A stretch of 64,000 nucleotides of DNA from Octopus sinensis (taxonomy: Eukaryota), in NCBI RefSeq assembly GCF_006345805.1, contig NC_043004.1:10540001-10604000 (forward strand), given 5' to 3'. This document shows positions 39,521 to 53,479 of the stretch, piece by piece. Every line of letters begins with the position of its first letter. The first letter of the stretch is position 1. The position numbers were made by a program, and so were the translations under genes. Below the pieces are notes generated by a model. The model was not told where the DNA came from. It ran no database searches and saw only the letters and a list, made by a program, of their open reading frames with translations.

Positions 39521-40199
39521 TCTCACACTTGCTCTTTTGTTTTCCAACAATCTCTTTGGTTTGTAATGTAAACAAAACGACACCTTTTATTATTAACGTT
39601 TTTAGAAATATCGCTATCTTTTCATTTGTGGAAGTGTAAATTATTTTGTTAGAATGTACTCTGAGTTATTACTTCGACAATACTCTGTGACATCCCTTTC
39701 AAAATTATTATCAAAAATTCTTTGTTGGTGTATCTCCCGCTTCCAAGTTTGTGGCCAGGAACGCTTACTATTACTCTACCATATGAAGGCTTATAGATAA
39801 TTAACTTACAATATATTATTAAGTAATATAATTTATAAAGTCAAATTGGCTCAAGAAATAAGAAAGATATTCAACTGTTCCGAACATTCGTGTTTACAAA
39901 ATGAAATAAAAAACGAGAACCAAAAACACCTGATGAACTAAAACTTGATATAATTCAAATTTTCACACCTACAGATAATGTCTGTCTATATGTAACCACG
40001 TTCGACAGATAACTCGAGACACAAGAATACCTGGCTTGGTATCCTGGCGAGTGGTAAGCCTACCGGGGGTGATGGAACTATTCGTGCCTCGGATCGTAAT
40101 GAATTTAGTGCTGGTGTCTTGTCTCAATGATTAGGTGTAAATAACAATAAACACAAGAGGTAAAGACTAACCCTGTATCAACCAACTCATTCCCAGAGT

Positions 40200-42045
40200 G
40201 ATGGCAAGAAATAATGAAATAACAAGTAAACTCCGAATGAGTAATTGGAGGTATCATGGTCAGGCATGATAGATCGAAAATAGCAAACTTGGCTCCCATA
40301 CATCATCATCTGACGACTAGTCCTAAGTCCACAAAAGCAACCTCGTATCCCATGGAAGTAGAGAGGAGAAATTTGAAGGTTGAAAACCTTGGTCAAAAGA
40401 CGATGACAGTGCTACTCTTGAATGCTTCTATGAAACCGAAGTCCTTTGTAAACTTGGCATTAGAGAATAGGTTCGCTAACCGTGAAAGAAAAGGGAATAT
40501 TTGAGATCAGCGTGGAACAACTTTTGTGAGAAATCAGTGCGATACGATAAAACTGGTTTACCGTCGTAGAAAATGAAGAATAAAACGCATTGTTGAAAGA
40601 AGACGGAAAGATATTTATCATTTTGATGAGCCTTTGGATATAAATAACGATGAAATCATTGTTAATGAAGCTGAGAGAAGAGTGGAGGATGTAATAAACG
40701 GGATAGGTGAAACCAGGATAGTGTTACGGGTGCAATGAAATATGGTAGTCGAGATGTCGTACGCCGGGAACAGCGTACAACAGCGTAGAAGATGATGAAC
40801 ACGAAATACTCACGAATTGATAGTGTTTATTAAACAAAAGAAATTTAATCATCCTACAATTTGCCAATGAGAAAGAAACTTCATAGTGAAACCTTGAAGG
40901 TAGATAGAGTCCTATAACATAAACGATATCACAGAATTACGAAATTTGTTTTAGACAGCTGCTTATGTAGTAGGAGAATGTATAGGCTCTAATCAGAAGG
41001 ACAAAGGAAAGAGCAATAAGTCTTGGTGAAAGACATGAATTGAATTAAACAGCAATTCTGAGGAAGCTTCTTGGAAAGACAGAGATTTGGAATAAGGCGT
41101 GTTGGGAGAATGCTTAGCATTATCAACAGAGAGTGCTCGAAAAGAAAATCAGTCTGAAAGAGGAGGGTTTTCGAACATTGATGGGGGAAATTTACAAGTA
41201 GATTTCCTGTGATGCTGTTAAGATCAGGAGATATTCGGAAACAATTGCTAAATATGAGCTGAATTATCTCTTTTGTTCAAACCTGTAGCAGTTTTAAAGG
41301 AATTTGAGTGGTGAAATCGGAATGTGTATGCTTCCTGATCTGGGAGAAGCAATACGTTTTTAGTCAAGTCTATGGTCTCATACAGCGTCTCAGAAGAGAG
41401 ATGCAAAATGATCGGTGACATTGAAAAGGATGCTGGTAACCACGGCAGTAAATAGAAAGAACCTGGTCAGAATAGTTTTTCACCTACAGCAATACACTTT
41501 TAATGATGCTGTACTAGACCAGGTAGTTGAAGTATGAACGCCCCTTAACACGAAAGACATATCAGAGCTTCCTGTGATCATTAATTATTGTCCTGTTGCA
41601 TGCCTTAACTTGGTTTGAAAAATTCTAAGGGGAATAATTGCTGAGCATGCGTAGATACACATGCTCACTATCCGACCAGAAGAAAGGCTGCAGCAACGGT
41701 TACAGGGAATAAAAGTTCATGAGGCCGCAGACAAAATGGTTCTGAGAAATTTTGCATATGTGAACAAACGATTTGCAAATGGTCTGGGTAGATTTCAAGA
41801 CGCTCACTATATGGTATCGCACTCATGGATAATACAGTCACTAAACGTATGAAAGTTCAGAAAATCTAATGAGTGAGGCTATGAAAAAGTGGAGAAATAG
41901 ACGCTTTTCTAATGGTGGAGAACGTGGCAATGCTGATATCAAGGGAACTAGATTCTTCCTCGTTCTTCGTCATGGATTTGATTCCTCTCAGCATGGTGTT
42001 TCAACACGCCCACTGGAGCCTATATTAGACGTACATGATAAATAG
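40200..42045 (+). mobile_element. Degraded R4/Dong LINE, N-terminal half to RT, ending at the DD41D transposon
   Basis: Remnants GIFEISVEQL, WFTVVE, NYCPVACLNLV, DKMVLRN, WVDF, MVSHSWIIQSL, MKKWR and FVMDLIPLSMV occur in the R4/Dong motif order; 5' limit uncertain. Confidence 0.7.
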
Positions 42046-42047
42046 TA

Positions 42048-43355
42048 CAGGGTGGAGCACAGAGGATGGACGATTTTGAAATGGCTGTAACTCAGCCCCA
42101 GGGGGAGGGATATATATCCGACAGATACCATTCGGCCCGTTGTGTCGTAGCATTTTTTTCTTTTCAGGTGAAGCCATGACCCCGCTGACGACAGAGTATC
42201 GCGTGTTTACCGACGGCAGTTACGTAAAGAATAACGAGTGTATCACAATATTTCAGCGTAAGTTTCGGCGCTACTTCAACATCTATCGACATTAGGCTGT
42301 TCCCACCCGTAAACAATCTTACGTTGGGCGAATGCATTTCGTATACGAAGTACTCTAATGAATAGGAGACCGGTGGGGGCTCCACTAACGGTACGGACCC
42401 CAGAAAATGTGGAACGCGTTAGACAAGCTTTGATACGGAGTCCGAATCACTCTGCTCGGAGGCATTCCACTGAACTTGACATCGGTAATCGATCGTTAAG
42501 GCGAATTTTGCATGCAGACCTGCATTTCCAGCCGTACAAACTGTTCATTTGGCAACAGTTGAACCATGGGACTATGCATAGTGGCTTAACTTTGCACGTC
42601 AGATGGAAGCAATTTTTGAGGCAAGAGACAACTTCATTTTGTTGATGAATGAAGCTCATTTTCATCTCAATGGCATGGTGAATAAACAGAATTGTCGTCA
42701 TTGGGCTCTTGAACATCCAAGAGAACTGCACGAATGACCACTGCACAGTCCCAAAATGACGGTCTGGTCTGCTATTGGAAAAGCTGCCGTCATTGGTCCT
42801 TACTTTCTTGAAGACAATGGAAATGCTGTTACTGCGAACTCCGAGCGTTACATCGAGAAGATAAACAACTTCGTGCTTGAATTACGTATGCCTATTCGAC
42901 GCGTGTGGCTTCATCAGGATGGAGCGACCGCCCATACAGCAAAAACATCAATGGACATTCTTCGCCTTCTCTTCGGTGACTGCCTCATGTCCAGGTGTGC
43001 TTACATTCCTTATCTCCCTCAGTCTCCTGATTTTTCCATGTGTGATTATTCCTTGTGGGGAAACCTCAAGGCACGTGTGCATGCACATAACCTCCGACAA
43101 TTTGAAGGAAGATATTCGCGTGGAAGTCACTCAAATCGACAAAGTAATTCTGGAGAGATTGGAGCCCAACTTCCAAGAATGCCTTCAGAAATGCATCAAC
43201 GAAAACAAACACCAATTGATCGATGTTATTTTTCCACGTTTGATTTTGACAAATGCTATTTCACTATGAACACTGTAGTCAATGAAATTTGTTTGCAGCT
43301 AAAATTAATGATTTGGTGAATTTTCCAAAAACGTCGTGCTCTTTGCGCTACCTTG
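42048..43355 (+). mobile_element. Near full-length Tc1/mariner element, DD41D (rosa-type), transposase inactivated
   Basis: TA flanks at 42046-7 and 43356-7; imperfect TIRs CAGGGTGGAGCACAGAG versus (reverse complement) CAAGGTAGCGCAAAGAG; RTPENVERVR, (D)EAHFHLNG, HQDGATAH...SPDFSMCDY with 41 residues between D2 and D3; stop at 42735 and frameshifts. Confidence 0.88.
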
Positions 43356-43719
43356 TAATGAGCACAGGATAGAACCAGTCGAGAAGAAAGGCGCTCAAGT
43401 TCTGTGTATAGAATGGCGTTGAAATTCTGTGCGTAGAATTCCAAAGAATTCCAAAGAATTTTAGAGATAATCTGCAGCCGCATTGTCAATATTAGCTCAT
43501 TTAACCAGAACAGTTTCGCCCTTCTCGCCCAAATTAGTTAAACCATTATACAGTGGGGGCAATAAATAAATTTTTCATCTAAATGACGCTTTCAAATGAG
43601 GATATTTCCATTATTGTATCGTGTAGGTCCTTTGTACATACAAATATCTACACGCAGATGCACACACAGATGCACACACAGATGAAGATGTACCAACATC
43701 TCTACATGAAAAACTCACA

Positions 43720-43752
<33 letters not shown>

Positions 43753-44137
43753 TGTATGTATGTATGTATGTATGTATGTATGTATGTATGAATACACCTA
43801 TACGTACGCAAACAAACGCACAAACACAGCTTATACATAAACACACATACACACAAACATATAAAATATTTCCAAGACTAGACATATGTGTATACGCGAG
43901 TGTTTATGCGTATGCTGTTTCCGTTTTAATAGTTATATTTTTTCGATAATTCTTATTATTTTAATAAAAATTGTAGTAGTTTTTTTCTAAGTGATTTCTA
44001 CTTTAAATTATCTTCTGGTTATAAATTTTAAATCTATTAAAATTAATAAGATTTTGACATTACATAGAATTAAATTAGGTGGATAGCAAGAGAGGAACGT
44101 TCGGCGCTATATTCGAAGAAATTAATTAACAGACACA

Positions 44138-44233
<96 letters not shown>

Positions 44234-44269
44234 AATAATGATGATAATAATAATAATAATGATAATAAT

Positions 44270-44428
44270 AACTGTTTACCTTGATATGAGATCACCATGT
44301 CGCGCACATATGGTTGTGATGCATGTGCCTGGTGTACCCTTATCAGACGGGTAGTCATGATGGGTATATTGGGCTTCGTATACTTTACACCAGTGTCACT
44401 TTGATGGCATGAACTGCTCTCTCACTCA
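44270..44428 (+). mobile_element. Short unique segment embedded in an (AAT)n tract, probably a 5'-truncated LINE 3' end
   Basis: Flanked on both sides by (AAT)n/(GAT)n; ends CTCTCTCACTC followed by AATAAT. The LINE origin is inferred. Confidence 0.4.
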
Positions 44429-44452
44429 ATAATAATAATAATAATGATGATG

Positions 44453-44510
<58 letters not shown>

Positions 44511-44689
44511 GACGAAGAAGGAGAAAATATATCTTTATTTGTCTGAAAAACAACTTAGGAGGGACATATGCAAAGTCTAAACAGAAAGAATTTAAAATTC
44601 TATATTAAGTCATGTGAAAAGAAGATCAAACAAAAGGCACTAAGCCTTTATATATATATGCATGTATGTATCTCTTTCTCTCTAATTCA

Positions 44690-44720
<31 letters not shown>

Positions 44721-45126
44721 AGAAAGCAAAAGACGAAGACAGATGAGGGAACAACAAACTGGTGTATTGGTTTGACGCTCGAGAACAATGGAAAATCTTT
44801 GACGTTTCGATGCTGTGCTCTTCGACAGAGAGGGTTGAAAATCAAAAGAAGAAAAACAAAAAGGGAGCGGAAAAAAAAGAAAAGAATGGAAAGAGAAAGA
44901 AATGTGTAGGGATTAACCGTTCAACATGAAACGACAGCAAGAAAAAGGCTGAGTGAAGGGAAGATTATAACGGTGACCCGGTTCAACTAGGTTGTGTATA
45001 AAAGAATGTTCTGTGTGAGTGTGTATGTGTGAATGGAGGCGTGTGCGTATGAATGCATGTGTGGGTGAGCTTAAAATTGTGCGAGCCTGTGTGCGCGTAT
45101 GGGACCGGGTGTGTGCTTGCACGTGC

Positions 45127-45160
<34 letters not shown>

Positions 45161-45471
45161 CTGCGCGCGCGCTGTGTGTATGTTTATACTTAGGAGAATC
45201 GAAGGTTCGGCCAGTTAAACCATCGTCGGACTCTAATGGCTCAACTAGCCGAAACTGCGAAGTCACTATCAACAATATCCTTTTTCAAGAATAAACTTGT
45301 ACTATACTAAAGCATAGAGTAGAAACCTCGGATAAATGTAAACTTGTTTCTATTATACACTTAAACATAAAAATAAACACACACACATTGTATATGTGTG
45401 TGTATACATATATATATTATATATATATGTATGTATATATATATATACATATACATATATATATCACGTGT

Positions 45472-45742
45472 TGTTACACATCGCTGGTCACAATGCGCTT
45501 CGCATTGATTTAGCCTTCAAATGACGCCACCCCACTGGCTAAGCGAGCAGGCCAATAGAAGAAAGAGTGAGAGAAAGAGTGGTGAAAGAGTACAGCAGGG
45601 ATCATCACCCCCTGCCGGACCCTCGTGGAGCTTTTAGGTGTTTTCGCTCAATAAACACTAACAACGCCCGGTCTGGGAATCGAAACCGCGATCCTACGAC
45701 CGCGAGTCCGCTGCCCTAACCACTGGGCCATTGCGCCTCCAC
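45472..45742 (-). mobile_element. SINE family C
   Basis: Reverse complement of the 34201-type copy. Confidence 0.88.
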
Positions 45743-45757
45743 ATATATACATACATA

Positions 45758-45873
<116 letters not shown>

Positions 45874-45919
45874 ACGCCAAACTTACTTGGCAAATATATA
45901 TATATGTGTAATATGTTTA

Positions 45920-45978
<59 letters not shown>

Positions 45979-45981
45979 TAT

Positions 45982-46014
<33 letters not shown>

Positions 46015-46020
46015 TTTTAT

Positions 46021-46416
46021 TACTCTTTACTTGTTTCAGTAATTTGATTACTGGAGCACCGCCTTCAGTCGAGCAAATCGACCCCAGGACTTATTTTTGT
46101 AAGCCTAGTACTTATTGTATGGGTCTCTTTTGCCGAACCGCTAAGTTACGGGGACGTAAACACACCAGCATCGGTTGTCAAACGATGTTCGGGGCACAAA
46201 CACAGACACACACACATCCATACACACACACACATTCATATATATTATATATATATATACATACGACAGGATTCTTTCAGTTTCTGTCTACCAAATCCAC
46301 TCTTTGATCGGCTTGAGGCTATATTAGAAGACAGTTGCCCAAGGTGCCACGGACTGAACCCGGTACCATGTGATTGGTAAGCAACCTACTTACCACACAG
46401 CCACTCCTACGCCTAT
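46021..46416 (-). mobile_element. SINE family A
   Basis: Family A layout with small deletions. Confidence 0.88.
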
Positions 46417-46498
46417 ACATATATATACATACATATAATTATATATATACATACATACATACATATACACATATATATACATACACACACACACACAT

Positions 46499-46562
<64 letters not shown>

Positions 46563-47356
46563 CATATATATGTACATACATATATATATATACATATAAA
46601 TATATATATATATGTATATATATATGCATACAAATATATATAATATATATATATTTAAAGGTTGAATGGGAGTTCGTCCTTTAATTGGAGTAATTTCCAA
46701 AGATTTCTAACGTTGTTTCTTCATATTTTACTCTTGAATTTGCTGGTGTATATTAGTGTAGGTATGAAAGCGTATATAGAAATATTAAGTATATGATTTA
46801 AGTTATTAAACACACTTCAACAAATTCATTCATATGTATGTAATTGGGGAAGATTAGATGTTAAAATGGAAGATAGTTTTTATTACTCAGGTTACTATAT
46901 AAAATATTTCGTAAAGAGAGACAGATATTCATGATAGAATATATGAGATGTTAGCAAGCACTCGTCGGTTTGTTGGATAGAAGCTAAAAAGATATTAGAC
47001 GCACATGGGTTTGGTGCTAGTAATCATGTTGTAATGTGTTCTTGTGATTGGAGTCATGTCTATTTCAAACAAGACTCCATTTTTAACATCTAGTCTCCTG
47101 CACTTACATAAATATGAATGGATTTGAGGAACTGTGTTTAATAAGTTAAACCATATATATATACATATGCATGCACTGGCCTCTTCTGTTGATGAGAAAT
47201 CGCTCCAATACAACACGACGTTCGAAGCTTTTGAACCTTTTAAACTTTTCTCTTTCTGTGTTCATTTATTTGGAAGAGCGTAGGCTCGAAACGTTAAAGA
47301 CTTTCTCACTTCCCGAGCGTTAAATTAATACATCTGTCTGTTGTCTACACCACCTG

Positions 47357-47411
<55 letters not shown>

Positions 47412-48082
47412 ATGAATATATATACACACATACACACACTTTTATATAGCTCTTACGAACAATTCTTGATGGAGTCACAATTTTAAATATAAAATGATTT
47501 ATTATATAGTAATTTTAAAGAGAACAGAGTGACACGAAACATTTTGAAAGAAATTTTAGTATCGTGTTTGCGCTTTCGCGGTTTGTCAGTTTTTCAAACA
47601 TATGTATTATTTTGTTAAGTTTATTTCTACAGAAAGTATAGCCATCTCTGATCTATTGCTGCAAAGTTTCATATCGATCTCATTCTTTGTTTACATCTCA
47701 AGTCTCCATACGAAACAGTGCAGCAAAAAGAAAACAGTGCTGGTTATAATCTCTGTACAAATAACTTTAACAAAGTAATGTTAAGAGCACTGCTAACGCA
47801 GTAGAACATGGTTTTGACTTACAAAAATATTTAATATACTATATATATATTATGGTTGCATAACGAAATACTACCGAATGTCGCTCAGGTCATATCCTAC
47901 AATTTATTTGCGTGTGTCTTTATGTCTGTTTGTCCCCCAACCATCAAACCACAACCGTGTTCTCTTTAAGACTACTTTATATAAGTAATATACCTTTATT
48001 TAAAAAATTAAGGGAACTCTTTCTTCTTCAAACTGTGACTCCATTAAGAATTCTTCGTAAAAGCTATATAAATGTGTATGTG

Positions 48083-48121
<39 letters not shown>

Positions 48122-48201
48122 TATACATATGTGTATGTATATAAATACAAATATATATATATATATAATATATATATATATGTGTGTTTGTGTGTGTGTG
48201 T

Positions 48202-48262
<61 letters not shown>

Positions 48263-48274
48263 TGTGTGTGTGTA

Positions 48275-48328
<54 letters not shown>

Positions 48329-48373
48329 AATTAAGAAATGGAGTTAAACGCAGGTGTTATTCAAATGTTTACA

Positions 48374-48461
48374 CTTCCGAGATATGTTTCAAAGAAAACA
48401 TCATTATTATTCCTCAGGGTATAAAATTATGTAAGACAATGTAATCATCTCGCCAGGAAAA
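48374..48461 (-). ncRNA. Type I hammerhead-like motif (family 1)
   Basis: UUUUC-CUGGCGA-G...GAAAC-AUAU-CUC-GGAAG; A6 changed to G and G16.2 changed to C. Confidence 0.55.
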
Positions 48462-48532
48462 AACAGAGAAACGAAACACATCAATAAGCCATTCGGTTAA
48501 AATGGCTTATTAATGTGTTTTGTTTCTCTTTT

Positions 48533-48620
48533 TTTCCCTGACTAGATGATTACATTGTTTTTCATCATTTCATTCCGTCAGGAATAATACTAATGTTTTC
48601 TTCGAAACATATGTCGGAAG
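48533..48620 (+). ncRNA. Type I hammerhead-like motif (family 1)
   Basis: UUUCC-CUGACUA-G...C-GAAAC-AUAU-GUC-GGAAG; stem I pairs fully, GUC triplet present, G8 changed to U. Confidence 0.65.
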
Positions 48621-48755
48621 ATTTCAATAACACTTGCTTAACACCATTTCTTAATTTATCTATGAAATACAAAAACATTTCACTAAACCCTGGAACTTCT
48701 ACCTTTATGTGTAGGCTGTAACATCCTAGGCACTTATGTGAGTTTTTGCTATCGA

Positions 48756-49183
48756 CTCTTTCTCTTTTACTCTTTTACTTGTTTCAGTCAGTTGACTGCG
48801 GCCATGCTGGAGCACCGCCTTTAGTCGAGCAACTCGACCCCGGGACTTATTCTTTGTAAGCCCAGTACTTATTCTATCGGTCTCTTTTGCCGAACCGCTA
48901 AGTGACGGGGACATAAATACACCAGCATCGGTTGTCAAGCAATGCTAGGGGGACAAACACAGACACACAAACATACATGCACACACACATATATATATAT
49001 ATATATATACACATATACGACGGGCTTCTTTCAGTTTCCGTCTACCAAATACACTCACAAGGCTTTGGTCAGCCCGAGGCTATAGTAGAAGACACTTGCC
49101 CAAGGTGCCACGCAGTGGGACTGAACTCGGAACAATGTGGTTGGTAAGCAAGCTACTTACCACACAGCCACTCCTGCGCCTAT
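48756..49183 (-). mobile_element. SINE family A, full length, young
   Basis: Close to the family consensus. Confidence 0.92.
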
Positions 49184-49273
49184 AACCCTGGTAATTCTTT
49201 AATTTTTTTCCGTGTTATTTGTACACAATGAAAATATACACATGCATACATATATACATATATATATATATAC

Positions 49274-49338
<65 letters not shown>

Positions 49339-49397
49339 TATATATTATTTATTTATATATATACATACATATACATACATAAATACATACTTACATG

Positions 49398-49434
<37 letters not shown>

Positions 49435-49476
49435 GTGTGTCTATGCATATAAAGTATGGGGTTTAGTACACAGGTG

Positions 49477-49920
49477 ATATGTTAATGAGATGACGACATA
49501 GAGGAAGGGAGTAAAAGAATAAGGAGACAGAAAGAAAGAAGAAAAAGAAGCATACAAGTTCATAGTTCAACCTCCCGAAGTTATAGAAACCGGACCACTA
49601 TCATGTGGTAATAGTAAAGAAAAGAAGAGAAAGGAAACAGAAAGAGATGTAGATAGCAGCCTCCACTACCATTCTGTTATTGAACGTTTATATATTCGCG
49701 TCTTGTTTTCTTCGGATGTCTACTATATCAGGATTTTAACCCACATGGATATACACAGGATTACAGCAAAGGACTTACGCTGATGGATCTACGCAGGATT
49801 GCTCCGGTTTCTATAATTCGGAAAGTTGAACTATGAACTTTTATTCTTCTTTTTTCTTCTTTCCTTCCATCTCCTTATTCTGTTACTCCCTTCCTCTATG
49901 TTGTCATGTTATTAACATAT
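49477..49920. repeat. Inverted repeat, ~118-bp arms (49477-49594 and 49803-49920), ~208-bp spacer
   Basis: CATAGAGGAAGGGAGTAA...AAGTTCATAGTTCAAC...TATAGAAACCGGA matches the reverse complement of the right arm. Confidence 0.88.
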
Positions 49921-49950
49921 GCCATTCTCATTTTCCCTATTTTTTTCCTA

Positions 49951-50010
49951 TTTGCCTCTGATGACGGAATATCCCACACAAGGGGATATCCCAGAAACAG
50001 CTGTGTAATA
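49951..50010 (+). ncRNA. Degenerate hammerhead-like motif (family 4)
   Basis: CUGAUGA, stem GG(A)AUAUCCC/GGGAUAUCC, GAAACAGCUGU with palindrome ACAGCUGU; position 17 is G and stem I does not pair. Confidence 0.4.
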
Positions 50011-50081
50011 TTTTGAATTTTTCCCAATTGTATACGACTTGAGACGTTTGCCTTGCCCTAATGATTGCTGTCCTGTTTAAC

Positions 50082-50171
<90 letters not shown>

Positions 50172-51253
50172 TGTATGTATGTATGTATGTATGTATGTAT
50201 GTATGTATGTATGCATGTATGCATGTATGTATCTATATATATATATATATATTATATATATATATATTATATAATATATATATATATCTATATATATATA
50301 TATGTAAACAGACATGATGGTCATGGCTGGAAAATCGCTGAGCAGAGGTATATTCCATCAACTCCACCAACAGGAATAACATCAGCAATTTCTAAAAGGT
50401 ATGGCTAATTTTAGGCGCTAGTACACTCATTATAAAGCAGCAGTGTAACCAGTTCCGTTGACCACTCCTCTTAAACCCGAGTAAATTGGGAGAACTTATA
50501 ATAATGAAACCAGAAATGATGAAAAGAGAGGACTGAACCCCAGGAGGATTCCAATACATATCACACAAGTAGAGAGAGAGAGAAACGAAAATAAATACAA
50601 TTTGGCTTTTAATCCGTCATTCATGCGTTTCTACCATTCCATCGCCCTCTGCACGAACTCTTCTTCTGATAACGAAGTATTCTAACATGAAATCAACATC
50701 GATATAAAAACCAAGCAACAAGTTTCCCCTCTCTTTCTCATTCTCATTCTTTCGCTCTTTCTCTCTTTCTCTCTTTCCCTATTTCCTCCCACCCTCTGTC
50801 TTTCTCTCGCCAGGAACTAACTCGCATAGAGGAATTGATTGGTGACACACAACGTTTGAACATTGGGTACAAACGAAATCAGATGACCTTCTCGACACTA
50901 AACCTGTTAGGATAAGATAACTCTGCACAAGAGACGCAGAACGTTGTCAAGATAATTTATGAGAGATTCCATCAATGTTTTAATGTTTTTCCCAATATAT
51001 GATTAGAACGAAAGATTAGAGACATTCGTGATTAAATGAACTGGGCTGTCAGAGTTGTACGTGTTTAAATCTATTCCTTCAGTTTCTCTATCTGTCTATC
51101 TCTTTCTTTTCATACACACGGACGCACATATACACCCACACTCCCACATATACACATACATACACACACATATATACACTATGAATATGTATCTCATTCT
51201 CTTTTATTCTCACTCTCTCACTCCCTCTACACACACACACACACACACACGCA

Positions 51254-51297
<44 letters not shown>

Positions 51298-51673
51298 TAT
51301 AGGTATATGTATATACATTTGGACCTATATGTATAGGCATATATGCGTATCATGTTAGGCAGTTAAGCGTATATATAACTTTATAGCATCTCTATTTCAT
51401 GTCATAGAAAAGCACATGTCCTAACCAAGTATACTCACAGAGACTGACAGAGATACTCACACATTCATGGACGCCTACGCACACATCTATACGTATGTAT
51501 GTATGTATGTATGTATGTATGTATGTATGTATGTATGTATGTATGTATGTATGTATGTATGCATGCATGCATGCATGCATGCATGTATGTATGTATGTTT
51601 GTATGTATGTATGTTTGTATGCATGTATGTATGTATCTATCTATAATATACAATATATAGTTTATATTTTGGG

Positions 51674-51885
51674 GGTTCGAATCTCAGACCGGGCGATATG
51701 TGTGTTTGTGAGCGAAACATCTAAGAACCACGCGGCTCTTGCAGAAGGTAATGGCGAACTTCTGTTGACTCTTTCGCCACAACTTTCTCTCACTCTTTCC
51801 TCCTGCATCTTGCAGCTCACCTGCGACGGACCGGCGTCCCGTCCAGGTGGGGAACCTATACGCCATGGAAACCGGGAAATTGGCC
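51674..51885 (+). mobile_element. Partial SINE, family C variant
   Basis: Shares body and tail with 59921-60220. Confidence 0.75.
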
Positions 51886-52222
51886 GAGCAGAAACAAACA
51901 ATATTTTGAGGAAAGATGTTCTCTCTATGTAGAAACACATTTGGAAGAGATTAGAACTTGAGCCGTTAGTTAACTAAAGTAACGACAAGCAACCCAGGTA
52001 CATGTATTTACATATAAAGATAAATTTAATTGCAAACACAAATGTAAATGTGTGTGGATATTAAGGATACACAGTTCAGCTTACAGAAAAAATGATGCTA
52101 CAGATAAGAACTGGTAAAGTTTTAAAAGTCCTGCGGCCGTTTCAGGAGTTATTAGGGTCTATTATTGAATAAGCTCGCCTCCTTCTTCAGGAGGTCGGAG
52201 AACCTCCATCATGCCAGATACC

Positions 52223-52256
<34 letters not shown>

Positions 52257-52984
52257 ATGTATGTATGTATGTATGTATGTATGTATGTATGTATGTATGT
52301 ATGTATGTATGTATGTATATATAAATAGGCAAATGGATATGTAAGCAAACAGATAGATAAGTAGATAGATACACACACACATACACGCATACACAGATAC
52401 ATACACAAAAGAAGACTATAAAAATTTGCACATACACACGCGCACGTCACACATGCAAACACGCAATGACACATATGGAGACACACATACAAGAGATGCA
52501 CGTACATAGTCACACAAACCCATACGCATAGACACCCTCAAACATGCACACACAAGGAGACAGAGGTACACACACACACACATACAAACATACAAACACA
52601 CAAAGATAAATACACAAACACATGAATATGCAGAAAAAAAAACAATCGTACACACACGCATACATATATACATATATGCATATGCACACACATACATATA
52701 TATATATGCATAGACACGCACGCATATATATACATACATACACACACATATATGCATAAATACATATATATGTGTATACACAAGCACACTGACGCATACA
52801 CATATGGACAAAACAAACTTATAAGAGACCACAGCTAACGGATAGTGTCAACGACTGCTGATGAGGTTGCAAGAAGAAGCGAAACTTTTAGAATTAAAAA
52901 AAGTAAATGAGTGGAAATCGAACCCGTGAGAGTGTTAATTAATAATGTATTAAAATAGAATGATTCTCCCCAGACACAATAATA

Positions 52985-53048
<64 letters not shown>

Positions 53049-53479
53049 ATGTATATATAGTATTACGTACATGTAAGAGGGAATTTACCACTATGTGGAC
53101 ACCCTTATGCTAGAAGAAGATCCGCCAAAATCTTACCACTAAGAATTGTTCTCTAGAAAATTTAGTAAACTCCAGAAAGTAAGCGTTTTTTATTATATAT
53201 ATATATATATAATGTATATGCATTTGCATATATATACATAATTATATATGTATGTTTATATATATATATATGTATATATTTATAGCTAAATGTATATGTG
53301 TGTGTGTCTGTGCGTGTATGAGTGTCTTTACATGTATGTATAGTTATGTGTATGTGCTGATAGTATTTCGAAGTTTTAAACAGTGATGCTTCTCAAAATG
53401 TCGTGAGAAAATGGATGATCGTCGGAGATATACAGGTCTAGGATGTTAGAAACTATAAAGCGAAATGCAATGAGTGTAA

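Larger units (their letters stand above)
48326..48659. repeat. ~335-bp imperfect palindrome (7-nt loop at 48494-48500) carrying two divergently oriented family 1 hammerhead-like motifs
   Basis: Central AATAAGCCATT/AATGGCTTATT; arm similarity continues out to ATAAATTAAGAAATGG at both ends. Confidence 0.85.

Noticed and set aside
45229-45264. GACU...GGCU(CAACU)AGCC-GAAAC...AGUC, possible fifth hammerhead family
   Set aside because: Stems I and II pair, but the CUGANGA core and stem III are partly deleted; a single copy is too degraded to call.
52858-52892. CTGATGAG...CGAAAC hammerhead-like spacing
   Set aside because: Stem II barely pairs, and there is no stem III, cleavage triplet or stem I.
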